Assembly: GCA_043778225.1 (NCBI GenBank)
Contig: JAYWGM010000099.1
Span: forward strand, 1-62,271
DNA from: Deinococcales bacterium
GTDB taxonomy: Bacteria > Deinococcota > Deinococci > Deinococcales > JAAFIG01
Direction: 5' to 3'
Length of the DNA stretch: 62,271 bases
In this document: piece by piece, positions 39,129 through 48,857 of the stretch
Layout of the letters: each line of letters opens with the position of its first letter
Numbering within the stretch: position 1 is the stretch's first letter
Notes under the pieces: generated by a model
The model's database searches: none
The model's input: the letters and a program-made list of their open reading frames with translations, nothing else
Told to the model about the DNA's origin: nothing
Made by a program: the position numbers and the translations under genes

Positions 39129-40366
39129 AATAATCTGGTTTGAAGCTCGAGTGATTTTTTGGTGCTGACTTGTTCCATTGTGCCTAAATCTGGTTTGTTC
39201 TCGAGCATTGCAATTAAGCATCGCCCAATGTGATACCCAAGATTAACAGGTACAGCATTACCAATTTGTTTGTACTGGCTGGCAAGCGAACCTGTAAATT
39301 GCCAATCGTCTGGAAAGGACTGTATTCGGGCGTATTCACGAATGGCAAGCGGTCGTGTCTGGCTCGGGTGGCAACGCTCGGTTTGTTTTTGGGCTGGGCT
39401 ACAAGTTAAGGTCAGCGAAGGTTCATCCCATGCTAAACGCCGTGCCATACCTGTTTTTCCACCACCAAGGTGATAACTTGCGCCCATGAATTCGCGCTGT
39501 AGCGTTTCGGGTAAATCTTTCCAGTAGCCGCCTTCGGGTATTAGCTCGAGAATGCTACGTTTTTTTGGCGGATATTGTTGACCTGCCGAGTCTGGCACAT
39601 TGCGTAGCGCTTCACGCACTGAAATTGTGTAGTCTTGTTCTTTAGGAAATAAAACTGGCAAGTCAAGGTCTTTACGAACACCAAGCACAATTAAACGTTC
39701 ACGTTTTTGGGCAACATCAAGATACTGCGCTCTCAAAACCCGATATGCAACGTTATATCCAAGTTGCTCGAGAACGTCCACCATTGTCGCCAGAGTGCGT
39801 CCTTCATCATGACGTTCGAGTCCTCGGACATTTTCACCAACCAATATTTTAGGTTTTACTTCCTGAATGGCTCGAGCAAATTCGTAAAACAGTGTGCCTC
39901 TGGTGTCTTCAAAACCAAGGCGTTGACCAGCGTAACTAAAGGCTTGGCATGGAAAACCACCCACCACAATTTCGGCTTTGATAGGCTTAAAATTCACCTC
40001 GCGGACATCTTGATGAATCACATTCCAGCTTGGTCGGTTGGTTCTCAGTGTTTGTACTGGGTTTTTATCAAATTCTACCAGCATTGCCGACTGAAGCCCT
40101 GCGTGTTCTAAGCCAAGTGCCATGCCACCTGCTCCAGCAAATAATTCCAGTGTGCTAAATTTACTTTTTTGCTTGGTTTGTAGCACTTGAAAACCCTGTG
40201 CTGATTCGGTTTTGAGTTGAATTCTGGTTATTTCTTCGAGCGAAAAAACCCGATGGTTATACTGGTCTCGAGCCGATTTAATTAAGCCTTTTTTCTCCCA
40301 GCGCCGAATTGTGTCGGGGGAAATTGCAAGGTGTTCGGCTGCACTGGAAATACTTACGCCATTCAT
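39125..40366 (-). CDS. DNA cytosine-5 methyltransferase with N-terminal MerR-type HTH
   Basis: ELFAGAGG, GFPCQ, ENV, QKRER, QIGNAV; DTIRRWEKKG HTH. Confidence 0.95.
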   Translation of the reverse strand: MNGVSISSAAEHLAISPDTIRRWEKKGLIKSARDQYNHRVFSLEEITRIQLKTESAQGFQVLQTKQKSKFSTLELFAGAGGMALGLEHAGLQSAMLVEFDKNPVQTLRTNRPSWNVIHQDVREVNFKPIKAEIVVGGFPCQAFSYAGQRLGFEDTRGTLFYEFARAIQEVKPKILVGENVRGLERHDEGRTLATMVDVLEQLGYNVAYRVLRAQYLDVAQKRERLIVLGVRKDLDLPVLFPKEQDYTISVREALRNVPDSAGQQYPPKKRSILELIPEGGYWKDLPETLQREFMGASYHLGGGKTGMARRLAWDEPSLTLTCSPAQKQTERCHPSQTRPLAIREYARIQSFPDDWQFTGSLASQYKQIGNAVPVNLGYHIGRCLIAMLENKPDLGTMEQVSTKKSLELQTRLF

Positions 40367-40429
40367 AGCCTACATTCTAATTTATAACCTTTGCCCTATG
40401 CAATGGTTATAAAATGCTATGCTGGTTTG

Positions 40430-40678
40430 ATGCAAACCAGACCAAATTCTGATGAGCGTTCTGATAGCGAAGATTGTCGTCCATTAGCTCCTTTTCGGAT
40501 TCGCAGCCTCGATAAATCCCCAGACTTTGATGAAGATGAAGAAATGCTTGATGGACTTGATTTTGAAACACTGAGGCAAGCGTTTGAGGCGGGTCAAAAA
40601 CTTGCCAATCAATACAAAACTCGAATGCAAATCGTTAATAAGTTTAGCAATAGCGTGGAGTCAATCGCACCAGATTAA
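40430..40678 (+). CDS. Hypothetical protein
   Basis: 82 aa ORF after a TATGCT -10 box. Confidence 0.45.
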   Translation: MQTRPNSDERSDSEDCRPLAPFRIRSLDKSPDFDEDEEMLDGLDFETLRQAFEAGQKLANQYKTRMQIVNKFSNSVESIAPD

Positions 40679-40736
40679 AATTTGCCATGTGCGCCAAACA
40701 ACCTTCTTAGGCTCGAGCCAATGCTAACCTAAACCC

Positions 40737-40982
40737 ATGATTACGATGTACACAACCAGTTGGTGCGGCGATTGCCGCGTAACCAAGCGCGTTCTCGAGC
40801 AAAAGGGCTTGGCGTTTACCGAAGTGGACATCGAACAAGACCCCAACGCCGCCGAAATCGTGATGAAAGTCAACAATGGCAAACGCAGTGTGCCGACGCT
40901 CGAGTACAACGGGCAGGCTGCCAGCATGAGCGGTTTCTCGAGGGCAAAACTGGATGCGTGGTTACAAGAAGTCGGGCTTTAA
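40737..40982 (+). CDS. Glutaredoxin/mycoredoxin-like protein
   Basis: YTTSWCGDC, RSVPT. Confidence 0.9.
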   Translation: MITMYTTSWCGDCRVTKRVLEQKGLAFTEVDIEQDPNAAEIVMKVNNGKRSVPTLEYNGQAASMSGFSRAKLDAWLQEVGL

Positions 40983-42091
40983 GTTTTTGTAAACTCTTTG
41001 GCTTCCTCGAGTCCAAGCATCACCCGTCCAGCGCCTTCGGCAAGGGCTTCCATCTCGAGTTCGCCGGGTATCACAATTACGGGTGCAATCCACGAGAGTT
41101 TTTGCTCCAAACGCTGCACCAGTTCTGTCCAACGTGCCATACCGCCAGTTAAAACAATCACGTCTGGGCGGGTGGTGACGCTGCTTTGAGCGGCTATTGA
41201 CTTAGAAACTTGCAACACAAAAGCGGCAATCACGCTGCTAATCACTTTGTCTTCGGCTTCGCGCTGTTGTACCAGTTTTAGGTCGGATGTGCCGAGTAAA
41301 CCCTGAAAGCCACTTTCTTTGGTCAGTTGCTGCTCGAGAATTGGGCGTGGAATGCTATAAGCAAGGTCTAAAAGCGCTTCGGTCGGCAATGACCCAGCCC
41401 GTTGGGCGCTAAACGGACCTTCATCGAGCAATGCTCCAGTCGTGTCTACGGCTCTACCCTTATCAAAAGTCGTGACGCTAACCCCGCCGCCAAGGTGGGC
41501 TGCCACCACCACAGCATCCTCGAGCCGCTTACCAACTTCAAGGGCAGCCCGTCTAGCGCAGATGCGGCTGTTAAGGGCATGAAATCTCGAGCGCCGAAAG
41601 ACATTTGGCACTCCGGTTATTCTGGCTTCTGGCAGCAGTTCATCCACGGTCGGTGGGTCAACAATAAAAGCTGGGATTCGCAGTGCCATGCTCCATTCGA
41701 GCGCCAGTGCCGCCCCATAGTTGGCAGCATGAACCCCTTGGAGGTGCTTGAGGCTGTGCTGAGCAAGTTCTCGAGTTACTTTGTATGTACCCGCCTCGCA
41801 CGCCCCAATTAAGCCACCTCGAGCCGCAATCGCATCGGGCTTGGGCCATTCTCGAGTGCTTTGACGCAGTGCGCCACGTATTTTATCGAGCGCATTGGCA
41901 TCTAAGCCAGCCGACATATTGGGGGCTGCTCCATCTAGGCTAAACATCAATTCTTCGGCATCCTTGGGTTTAGGCTGATGCTGAATTTCTTGTTTTTCGA
42001 CAAAAGCACTGACCCCTTTGGGGGTTTGCACCACTGTGGCTAAGCCAAGTTTGGTGCTGGTCGAGCCGGGATTCAGCACGTAGATAATCAT
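40979..42091 (-). CDS. buk: Butyrate kinase
   Basis: NPGSTSTK, ARGGL, FHALN, AHLGGGVS, PGELEMEALA. Confidence 0.9.
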   Translation of the reverse strand: MIIYVLNPGSTSTKLGLATVVQTPKGVSAFVEKQEIQHQPKPKDAEELMFSLDGAAPNMSAGLDANALDKIRGALRQSTREWPKPDAIAARGGLIGACEAGTYKVTRELAQHSLKHLQGVHAANYGAALALEWSMALRIPAFIVDPPTVDELLPEARITGVPNVFRRSRFHALNSRICARRAALEVGKRLEDAVVVAAHLGGGVSVTTFDKGRAVDTTGALLDEGPFSAQRAGSLPTEALLDLAYSIPRPILEQQLTKESGFQGLLGTSDLKLVQQREAEDKVISSVIAAFVLQVSKSIAAQSSVTTRPDVIVLTGGMARWTELVQRLEQKLSWIAPVIVIPGELEMEALAEGAGRVMLGLEEAKEFTKT

Positions 42092-42199
42092 GCAGTCCTA
42101 ATTTAGCACACATTGAAAGTAAGACTTCATAGCTAAGTATCTCCCGCCTCCATTTTAGATTTTTCACAAAACGGCAAATCTGTCACTTCGGCGTGAGAT

Positions 42200-42278
42200 A
42201 CGTCGCCCTTACTCCTGTTAGTCGGAAATGTTTTAGCAAAGAACTCTAAAACATTTCAGGGAGGTACTTAACAGTATT
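42200..42278 (+). repeat. Partial copy of the TACTCC..GTCGG hairpin repeat
   Basis: TACTCCTGTTAGTCGG then 12-bp stem GAAATGTTTTAG/CTAAAACATTTC. Confidence 0.6.
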
Positions 42279-42400
42279 CTTCTTGGGTTCATCGTGGCTT
42301 CATATGATTTTGTGATGCTTTAGGTAGGCTGGATACAGCAAAAAACCTCGAGTTATGGCATTGTGCAGTGATACTCGAGCATCTCTTGGAGGAGACAATC

Positions 42401-43666
42401 ATGAAAAACCGATTTCTGGCATTAGCAATGGTCTTTACGGCACTGGTTGGCAGTGGCTTGTTGTATCAGAGCTTTGCGCCGCCAGTCGGCAACGCGCAGT
42501 TAAACTCGAGTTCAAGTACAACCCCGACGACACCAAGACCGAGCGCTGGCTTTGATTATGGCAAAGCCAAACTCGAGAACGAACGCAACACGATCGAAGT
42601 GGTTCAAAGTTTTGACCAGAGCATTGGCTTTATCCAAGTTCGCGCCAAACAAGTAGCTTCCGGGCAATGCGACCCATCTGACTGGATGCAGTACATGATG
42701 TGTCGGCAGCAACAACAAGGCGGTGGCTCGAGTGGCGGTTCGGGCAGTGGTTTTGTGATTGACCAATCTGGTTTGATGCTGACCAATAACCATGTCGTGA
42801 CCCTAGACTCGGATACGGTAGGCGAATTGCAAGTACAATTCCATAACGACCCAAAAAAATACGCTGCTAAAGTCGTCGGGCGCAGTCCAATTTACGATGT
42901 GGCTTTAATCCAAATAGACGCACCCGGCAAAAAATTCACGCCCATCCCATTTGCCAATTCCGATACCCTCAAAGTTGGTCAAAAAGCGATTGCCATGGGC
43001 AACCCATTTGGACTCGAGTTTAGTGTTTCTGAAGGCATTATCTCGGCGACAGGGCGCAGTTTTGAAGGCAGTGGCAACTTAGCCAATAACGTCATTCAAA
43101 CCGATGCAGCCGTCAATCCGGGCAACTCGGGTGGACCACTTTTGAATTCTTCGGGCGAAGTCATCGGCATTAACACCGCGATTTTGTCGCCAAGCACCAG
43201 TTCGAGCGGCACAGGACAATTTGCGGGTATTGCTTTTGCTGTGCCAATGAACTTGGTCAACAGCATCTTGCCAGACTTAAAAGCTGGAAAAGTGTTAGAC
43301 CAAAACACCATCACTTCGACCCGTCCGCGCTTGGGCGTTTCGACTTTTCAATACGATATGTCGCAGTTTCCGCTTGACTTTCGCAAGCAATTTAACTTAC
43401 CGAGCAATGGCATTATGTTGCGCGGCGTTGAAGCCAACAGCCCAGCCGCCAAAGCTGGTTTACGGGCTGCAACTCGAGAAGTGGATAACCTGCCAGTCAA
43501 CGGTGATGTGATTACCAAAATCAACGGGCGCGATGTCTCAACCGCTTCAGATTTACAACGGATTGTCTTTAATGCAACGGCTGGCGAAGAAGTTGTTTTG
43601 ACCGTGGTGCGCGGTGGCAAGGAACTCGAGCTAAAGGTGAAACCAGAAGTGATTCCAACCAAGTAA
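42401..43666 (+). CDS. HtrA/DegP-family serine protease with PDZ
   Basis: GSGF, TNNHVV, QTDAAVNPGNSGGPL, C-terminal PDZ. Confidence 0.95.
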   Translation: MKNRFLALAMVFTALVGSGLLYQSFAPPVGNAQLNSSSSTTPTTPRPSAGFDYGKAKLENERNTIEVVQSFDQSIGFIQVRAKQVASGQCDPSDWMQYMMCRQQQQGGGSSGGSGSGFVIDQSGLMLTNNHVVTLDSDTVGELQVQFHNDPKKYAAKVVGRSPIYDVALIQIDAPGKKFTPIPFANSDTLKVGQKAIAMGNPFGLEFSVSEGIISATGRSFEGSGNLANNVIQTDAAVNPGNSGGPLLNSSGEVIGINTAILSPSTSSSGTGQFAGIAFAVPMNLVNSILPDLKAGKVLDQNTITSTRPRLGVSTFQYDMSQFPLDFRKQFNLPSNGIMLRGVEANSPAAKAGLRAATREVDNLPVNGDVITKINGRDVSTASDLQRIVFNATAGEEVVLTVVRGGKELELKVKPEVIPTK

Positions 43667-43677
43667 ACTGCCTTTGG

Positions 43678-43708
43678 CAAAAGAGCAACTTTAATAGTTG
43701 CTCTTTTT
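43678..43708. terminator. Bidirectional terminator
   Basis: AAAAGAGCAACT/AGTTGCTCTTTT between convergent genes. Confidence 0.8.
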
Positions 43709-44513
43709 ATTTTTGCATCTCATCAAAAATCAGTCTCGAGATTTTAGCCACTGCCCAAACTGCTTCGTTATCGATGTGATAGCGCAAATCGCTGCAATTT
43801 TTACTGCAAATTGCCACGGCATAAGCTCGAGGCGCAAAAACAAAACCGACATCGTTTCGCACCCCCATAATCTGTCCACTTTTGGTAGCGGTAACTGTGC
43901 CTTCGGGCAGTAAGCGCCCAATCATTTCGGTGTACTCCTGTTTTTTAAGAATCTCGAGCGCAAGAGCGGTTAAATCAGCATTGAGCAGCAAACCCTGATG
44001 CAGTGCCTCGAGCATCCTCACGACCTCAAGCGGTTTGATTTCAGCAAGTTTTCCTGCCAATTGGTCTGGGTTTTTACGTTCGGGCGGCAGCATCAGCTTA
44101 CCGACCACCCGCGTACTACCCAGTTGCCAAGCCTCGAGTCGGGCGTTGATGCTTTCGCGTCCGCCCAAAATATCAATCACCATATTGGTAGCGGTGTTAT
44201 CGGAGACAATAATCATCAATGTCAAATAATCTTGTAGGGTTAAAAGCGCTCCAATTTGCAGTTTTTGCAGTAAGCCACTGCCAGCCACAATTTCTTCGGC
44301 TGGTAGCGGGATGCGTTGCCCAAGCTTGAGCCGACCCGCTTGGACTTGTTGCAAGGCAGCAATCAGTAAATGCAGTTTAATCACACTAGCAGCCGGAAAA
44401 GTCTCGCTGGCATTGTGGGACAGCGTAAAACCATCCTCAAGCCGAACTGCGCCAAATCCAATTGTGCCAGAGAAATTGTTGGTTATTTCAAGTAGTTTTT
44501 CGCCGAAAGCCAT
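43707..44513 (-). CDS. Class A beta-lactamase-like serine hydrolase
   Basis: SVIK (SxxK), SDN, KSG. Confidence 0.9.
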   Translation of the reverse strand: MAFGEKLLEITNNFSGTIGFGAVRLEDGFTLSHNASETFPAASVIKLHLLIAALQQVQAGRLKLGQRIPLPAEEIVAGSGLLQKLQIGALLTLQDYLTLMIIVSDNTATNMVIDILGGRESINARLEAWQLGSTRVVGKLMLPPERKNPDQLAGKLAEIKPLEVVRMLEALHQGLLLNADLTALALEILKKQEYTEMIGRLLPEGTVTATKSGQIMGVRNDVGFVFAPRAYAVAICSKNCSDLRYHIDNEAVWAVAKISRLIFDEMQK

Positions 44514-44532
44514 AAGCCAATATACTAAAAAC

Positions 44533-44955
44533 ATGACAAGGGATTTCGTGGTAGCTGTTTTTGTGGTCTGGCAAGGTCAAGTGCTGCTGCATTTACATCC
44601 TAAACTTGGTTTGATTTTGCCACCCGGTGGACATATCGAAAACCACGAACTGCCCGATGATGCTGCCAAGCGCGAAACACTCGAGGAAACTGGCATACAG
44701 ATTGAACTGATTGGCGAACTTGCGCCACAAAGTTTAGAGCTTGGCGCTCCAAGACCACTGATTCGACCGCGAGGGGTACAACTCGAATCAATTGGCATTG
44801 GTCACGAACACATCGACCTGATTTACTTTGCCAAGCCACTCGAGCCATTTGCTGGGACTGTCCTCGAGCCGTTTTTTTGGCTGTCTGACTTGGCGCATCC
44901 AGCCCTCAATCAAGAAATTCGCCAGTGGTGCAAATTGGCGTTGTCGGAGCTATAA
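44533..44955 (+). CDS. NUDIX hydrolase
   Basis: GGHIENHELPDDAAKRETLEETG Nudix box. Confidence 0.95.
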   Translation: MTRDFVVAVFVVWQGQVLLHLHPKLGLILPPGGHIENHELPDDAAKRETLEETGIQIELIGELAPQSLELGAPRPLIRPRGVQLESIGIGHEHIDLIYFAKPLEPFAGTVLEPFFWLSDLAHPALNQEIRQWCKLALSEL

Positions 44956-45378
44956 AAATAAAGTTGGCACACTCGAGGCACACAGCACCAATTCTTTGGC
45001 GGCTGGCACATGGCGCACCAAAACCGCAATGTTGCCCTTGGATAATTTTAATTTGCCACGCAATAAGGCGGCAATTGGCTCGAGCTTACCGCCCAAAACT
45101 TCTTGCCATGTGGCACTGTTGGCGGCAATAATGTACTGGGCATTCTCGAGGTCGGCTTGTTCGGCAACTTTAGCAAGGCGGCATTCTCCGTGCCATAAGT
45201 CAAAGAAAACACTGCGCGGCTCGAGATTTGGACTCGAGAGCGTAAAAACCATCGTGCCTTCCCAAGTGACGGCGGCTTTTTGATAACCGAGGCTGTTTTG
45301 TAAAGCAAGTTCGGCTTGGGCTGCCCAAGCGGCGCTAAATAATTCGAGTTTTTCCACGTTCAAATCCACCAAAGGCAT
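44950..45378 (-). CDS. SCP2 sterol-carrier domain protein
   Basis: LDLWHGEC-like segment, ALLRGKLKL. Confidence 0.85.
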   Translation of the reverse strand: MPLVDLNVEKLELFSAAWAAQAELALQNSLGYQKAAVTWEGTMVFTLSSPNLEPRSVFFDLWHGECRLAKVAEQADLENAQYIIAANSATWQEVLGGKLEPIAALLRGKLKLSKGNIAVLVRHVPAAKELVLCASSVPTLFL

Positions 45379-45654
45379 TTAAGAACGCTCCAGCAAGGTT
45401 ACTTCGAGTGCGTCCAAGTTTGTTTCGGTTGGGACATGATTTTTTGCCCATGCCAGATGTCGCTCGAGCCGAGCCGTGACTTCTGCGGTATGCGCCCATT
45501 TGAGGTGTTCTGGAATAACCTGTACAGGTGTAATCACCCAACGTCCATCTTCGAATTGCTCGAGTTGAATGTGTTTACCCGCGTGGGCTTTGCCCAACGA
45601 AATTTGCCCACTCGAGGAAATGGTTTTAAGTTCGATTTTGTGTGGTTGTGCCAT
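45379..45654 (-). CDS. AbrB-like putative antitoxin
   Basis: ISSSGQISLGK swapped-hairpin start, VIPEHLKW. Confidence 0.6.
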   Translation of the reverse strand: MAQPHKIELKTISSSGQISLGKAHAGKHIQLEQFEDGRWVITPVQVIPEHLKWAHTAEVTARLERHLAWAKNHVPTETNLDALEVTLLERS

Positions 45655-45700
45655 ACAAAGAGTGTAGCAGAATTTGAATCATGTTAGATTAAACCCCAAG

Positions 45701-47896
45701 ATGAATAACCCGAATACCAGTATCCCCAGTCTAAAAGTCCGTCCTGTCGCGTGGGCATTGCGCTTACCCGCCCCGTTAGCGCCACTCGAGGAACTCTCGA
45801 AAATTCTTGGCTTGTCGCCCAAACTGGCGGCGGTGCTGTACTCGAGAGGGATTCATAGTGTCGAGGCACTTGAGCCGCCTTTTGAACTCAGCCCCAATCC
45901 AGCTTTGCTCGAGGCAGCTAAAATAATTGCCGAGGCTATTCGGGCAAAAAAACGAATTCGGGTGCATGGCGATTACGATGCTGATGGTGTGACGGCGGCA
46001 GCCCTTTTGGTGACTGGCTTAAATGAACTTGGCGCAAACGCTCACGCTTTTATTCCACACCGAATTTTGGATGGCTACGGCATTAACCCCGAGCGGGTTG
46101 AAGAACACATTGCCAGTTGTGATTTATTTATAACCGTGGATTGCGGAGTCAGCAACCTCGACGAAATCGAGACCTTGGTCAAAGCCGGACTCGAGGCAAT
46201 TGTCACCGACCACCACGCGCCTGGTAAAATCCTGCCTGGTTGTTTGGTGGTGCATCCAGCGCTTGCGCCCAATTATCATCATGATTTACCGGCTTTAACC
46301 GGTAGTGGTGTGGCGTTTCATTTGCTCTGGGCAGTCTGTCGTGAATTTGGCGCACCACCCCCGCTCGAGTACAGCGACCTTGCCGCGATTGGCACAATTG
46401 CCGACCTCGCGCCACTTCTGGGCGAAAACCGTGCTTTGGTCAGGGCTGGTTTACGTCAGATGCAGCACTCGAGATGGGTTGGCATCCAAGCCATGCTGCG
46501 TCAAAAAAGTATTATCAGTCCAACCGCTCAAGATGTTGGCTTTATTATTGCGCCACGCATCAATGCGGCTGGCAGGCTGGGCGAAGCCGAAATGGCGCTC
46601 GAGTTACTGACCACCAACAACACAAACCGTGCTTTAACGTTAGCCACCTATTTGGATGCCCGAAACCTCGAGCGGCGACGAATTCAAGACGATATGTACC
46701 AAGAAGCCCTGCTGCTTGCCGACCCCGAAGCCCCCGCGATTGTGGTGACGAAAGCTGGTTGGCATCCTGGGGTGATGGGGATTGTGGCTTCCAAATTGCT
46801 CGAGCAATTCTATAAGCCCGTTTTTATTATTGCCGAGGGCAAAGGCAGTGTTCGCAGCACCGAAGGCATCAGTGCGGTCTTGGCGTTGACCCACGCCCAC
46901 GATACCTTAAAGCGCTACGGCGGACATTCGCAAGCCGGTGGCTTTGCCTTGCTCGAGCCAAATATCCCAGCCTTTACCGAAAAAATTCTCGAGTACACCG
47001 CCACTTGCCCAGACCCCAAAGAAACCGTGCTTGCCGATGCCTTTTTAAGTCCACATGAAGTCTCGAGGGAGTTAATCCAGCAACTCGAGAGCTTAGAGCC
47101 TTTTGGACAAGGACACCGCGCTCCACTTTTTTGGCTGCGCGAACACCTCGAGCAAGCCAGCACCCTTGGCAAAGAAGGCAAACACTTTCAGTACCGTGTT
47201 TCTGGCATCAAAGGAAAGCAGTGGGGTGTCGGGCTACCATTTGCAAACGGCGATGCCATAGATGCCGCCGTAACGCTCGAGGACAACCAATTTAACGGAC
47301 GCTCGAGTTTAGAATTTACGACCCAAAAAATGCGTTACCAAAGCCCGATAGAAATTCTTGGGTCAGATGCTGGACTTATTTACCCACGGCTCGAGACCAA
47401 AGCCGAACTCGAGCGCCTAAAAACCAATGCCAACCCTGTTTTTGCAACCCATACTGCCCTTGAGTTTCTGGTCAGTCGTTATCCAGAATTACTGACCGAC
47501 ATCCTCGAGCCGCCCGAGCAAATTACGCTTTTTTCGATGCCGAACAGCACCTTACTCGAGACTTGGATTGCTGCCAAGACCAAAATCCGCTTTGCTTTTA
47601 CGCCAAAAACTTTACTAGAAATAGAAAACCACGAATTTTATACCCTCGAGCAACTACGAGCGCTTGAGAGCCGTGTCAAAAAAGGCGAGGCTGCCCCCAC
47701 TAACGCCAAGCGCTTACTCGAGCAAGTCAAGGGCATCAGCACACTTGAAGCCTATCAAACCAGCCCGATGCTGCGCCAGCACGAACTCGAGGCTTACCGC
47801 ATCCAGAGTTTTCTGCGCTTTTATCGGCTTGCCAACGAGGCTGGTTTCTCGAGTGCGGTACGGTGCTTATATGCAAAAAAAGAAGCCCCCATTTAA
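45701..47896 (+). CDS. recJ: Single-stranded DNA exonuclease RecJ, long form
   Basis: HGDYDADG, TVDCG, TDHH, PRINAAGR, GGHSQAGG, EPFG. Confidence 0.95.
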   Translation: MNNPNTSIPSLKVRPVAWALRLPAPLAPLEELSKILGLSPKLAAVLYSRGIHSVEALEPPFELSPNPALLEAAKIIAEAIRAKKRIRVHGDYDADGVTAAALLVTGLNELGANAHAFIPHRILDGYGINPERVEEHIASCDLFITVDCGVSNLDEIETLVKAGLEAIVTDHHAPGKILPGCLVVHPALAPNYHHDLPALTGSGVAFHLLWAVCREFGAPPPLEYSDLAAIGTIADLAPLLGENRALVRAGLRQMQHSRWVGIQAMLRQKSIISPTAQDVGFIIAPRINAAGRLGEAEMALELLTTNNTNRALTLATYLDARNLERRRIQDDMYQEALLLADPEAPAIVVTKAGWHPGVMGIVASKLLEQFYKPVFIIAEGKGSVRSTEGISAVLALTHAHDTLKRYGGHSQAGGFALLEPNIPAFTEKILEYTATCPDPKETVLADAFLSPHEVSRELIQQLESLEPFGQGHRAPLFWLREHLEQASTLGKEGKHFQYRVSGIKGKQWGVGLPFANGDAIDAAVTLEDNQFNGRSSLEFTTQKMRYQSPIEILGSDAGLIYPRLETKAELERLKTNANPVFATHTALEFLVSRYPELLTDILEPPEQITLFSMPNSTLLETWIAAKTKIRFAFTPKTLLEIENHEFYTLEQLRALESRVKKGEAAPTNAKRLLEQVKGISTLEAYQTSPMLRQHELEAYRIQSFLRFYRLANEAGFSSAVRCLYAKKEAPI

Positions 47897-47911
47897 GTGG
47901 GAGCTTTCTCT

Positions 47912-47986
47912 TGGCTCGGAAGGTAGGGATCGAACCTACGACCGATCGGTTAACAGCCGATTGCTCTACCGCTGAGCTACTTCCGA
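47912..47986 (-). tRNA. tRNA-Asn(GTT)
   Basis: Cloverleaf TCGGAAG/CTTCCGA, anticodon loop CTGTTAA, GTTCGA, encoded CCA. Confidence 0.97.
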
Positions 47987-48066
47987 ATACGGTAACGCGA
48001 GCGAAAATTTATCATGGGTTTGCAAAAAACGCAATACCCCCGCTTGAGACTTGTGCCAAAAGGGAC

Positions 48067-48095
48067 TTGACGCTGCTGGCGATAGCGTGTATCTT
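48067..48095 (+). promoter_or_regulatory. Sigma70 promoter of tRNA-Leu
   Basis: TTGACG-17-TATCTT; the divergent TTGCGT-17-TAAATT at 48034-48006 fits tRNA-Asn. Confidence 0.7.
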
Positions 48096-48109
48096 TTAAT
48101 GCCCTGAGT

Positions 48110-48196
<87 letters not shown>

Positions 48197-48200
48197 AATG

Positions 48201-48232
48201 ACACGACCCTTTTGTAGGGGTCGTGTTTTTTC
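48201..48232 (+). terminator. Terminator after tRNA-Leu
   Basis: ACACGACCC/GGGTCGTGT followed by a T-run. Confidence 0.85.
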
Positions 48233-48238
48233 TTGTAG

Positions 48239-48424
48239 ACTGAGCAGCGTGTCCTTGGAGTCTTCAATTGGCATGATGGTATCGGATACAAACAAGGGAT
48301 TGCTCTACAGTCCGATTCTTTAATACGCCAAGTGATGTACCCTCGACAGTGGTCAGTTAATGATTACGATGATATTGGACAAGCAGTAGAGAATTTACTG
48401 GTTAAAAGGAAGTGGTTAAAATGA
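48239..48424 (+). pseudogene. 5'-truncated gene fragment coupled to the next ORF
   Basis: 61 open codons with no 5' start; TGA overlaps the next ATG (ATGA). Confidence 0.45.
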
Positions 48425-48633
48425 ATGCAGTTTTAGACAAAGAAGAAGCTATTTATTTTGACCCTGCCGACCCAAGTTTAACAGTTGAACAAGCTATTGA
48501 TAGACTTATTACTGATGGCGATGACCCACGTGAAGCCGAACGAATTGTTAAGTATGCTCGAGGCATTTGGGCAAGAAAACTGACACGCACAACAATTATT
48601 GACGGCGTATCAGTAACTTATTTGGTCAATTAA
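48421..48633 (+). CDS. Small hypothetical protein (immunity-like)
   Basis: 70 aa, AT-rich, AAGGAAG RBS. Confidence 0.55.
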   Translation: MNAVLDKEEAIYFDPADPSLTVEQAIDRLITDGDDPREAERIVKYARGIWARKLTRTTIIDGVSVTYLVN

Positions 48634-48857
48634 CATAATAGCTTTTAACCGCAAGCCATCCAACGGGGCTTATTATTTTTTGTCACCTTAACAAGAGTGC
48701 CATCTGGGTGACTGTTTGCGGTTGGTGTAACCTTGGCAGCGCATGGGCAAGCGTAGTCAAAGCCAGCCTCGTTTAATTTCTAATCTTTTAGCCGTTGCGC
48801 TACTTTAGCGCAACGGTTTTTAAACTTGAGATGTGGGATATACTCGAGTATCACCGT

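Noticed and set aside
39125..40366. C5 MTase as the cause of CTCGAG enrichment
   Set aside because: Resembles GGNCC-type enzymes and is paired with a CTCGAG-poor REase that looks recently acquired
43707..44513. Clinically relevant beta-lactamase
   Set aside because: No signal peptide and no clear Glu166 omega-loop motif; a generic serine hydrolase is the safer call
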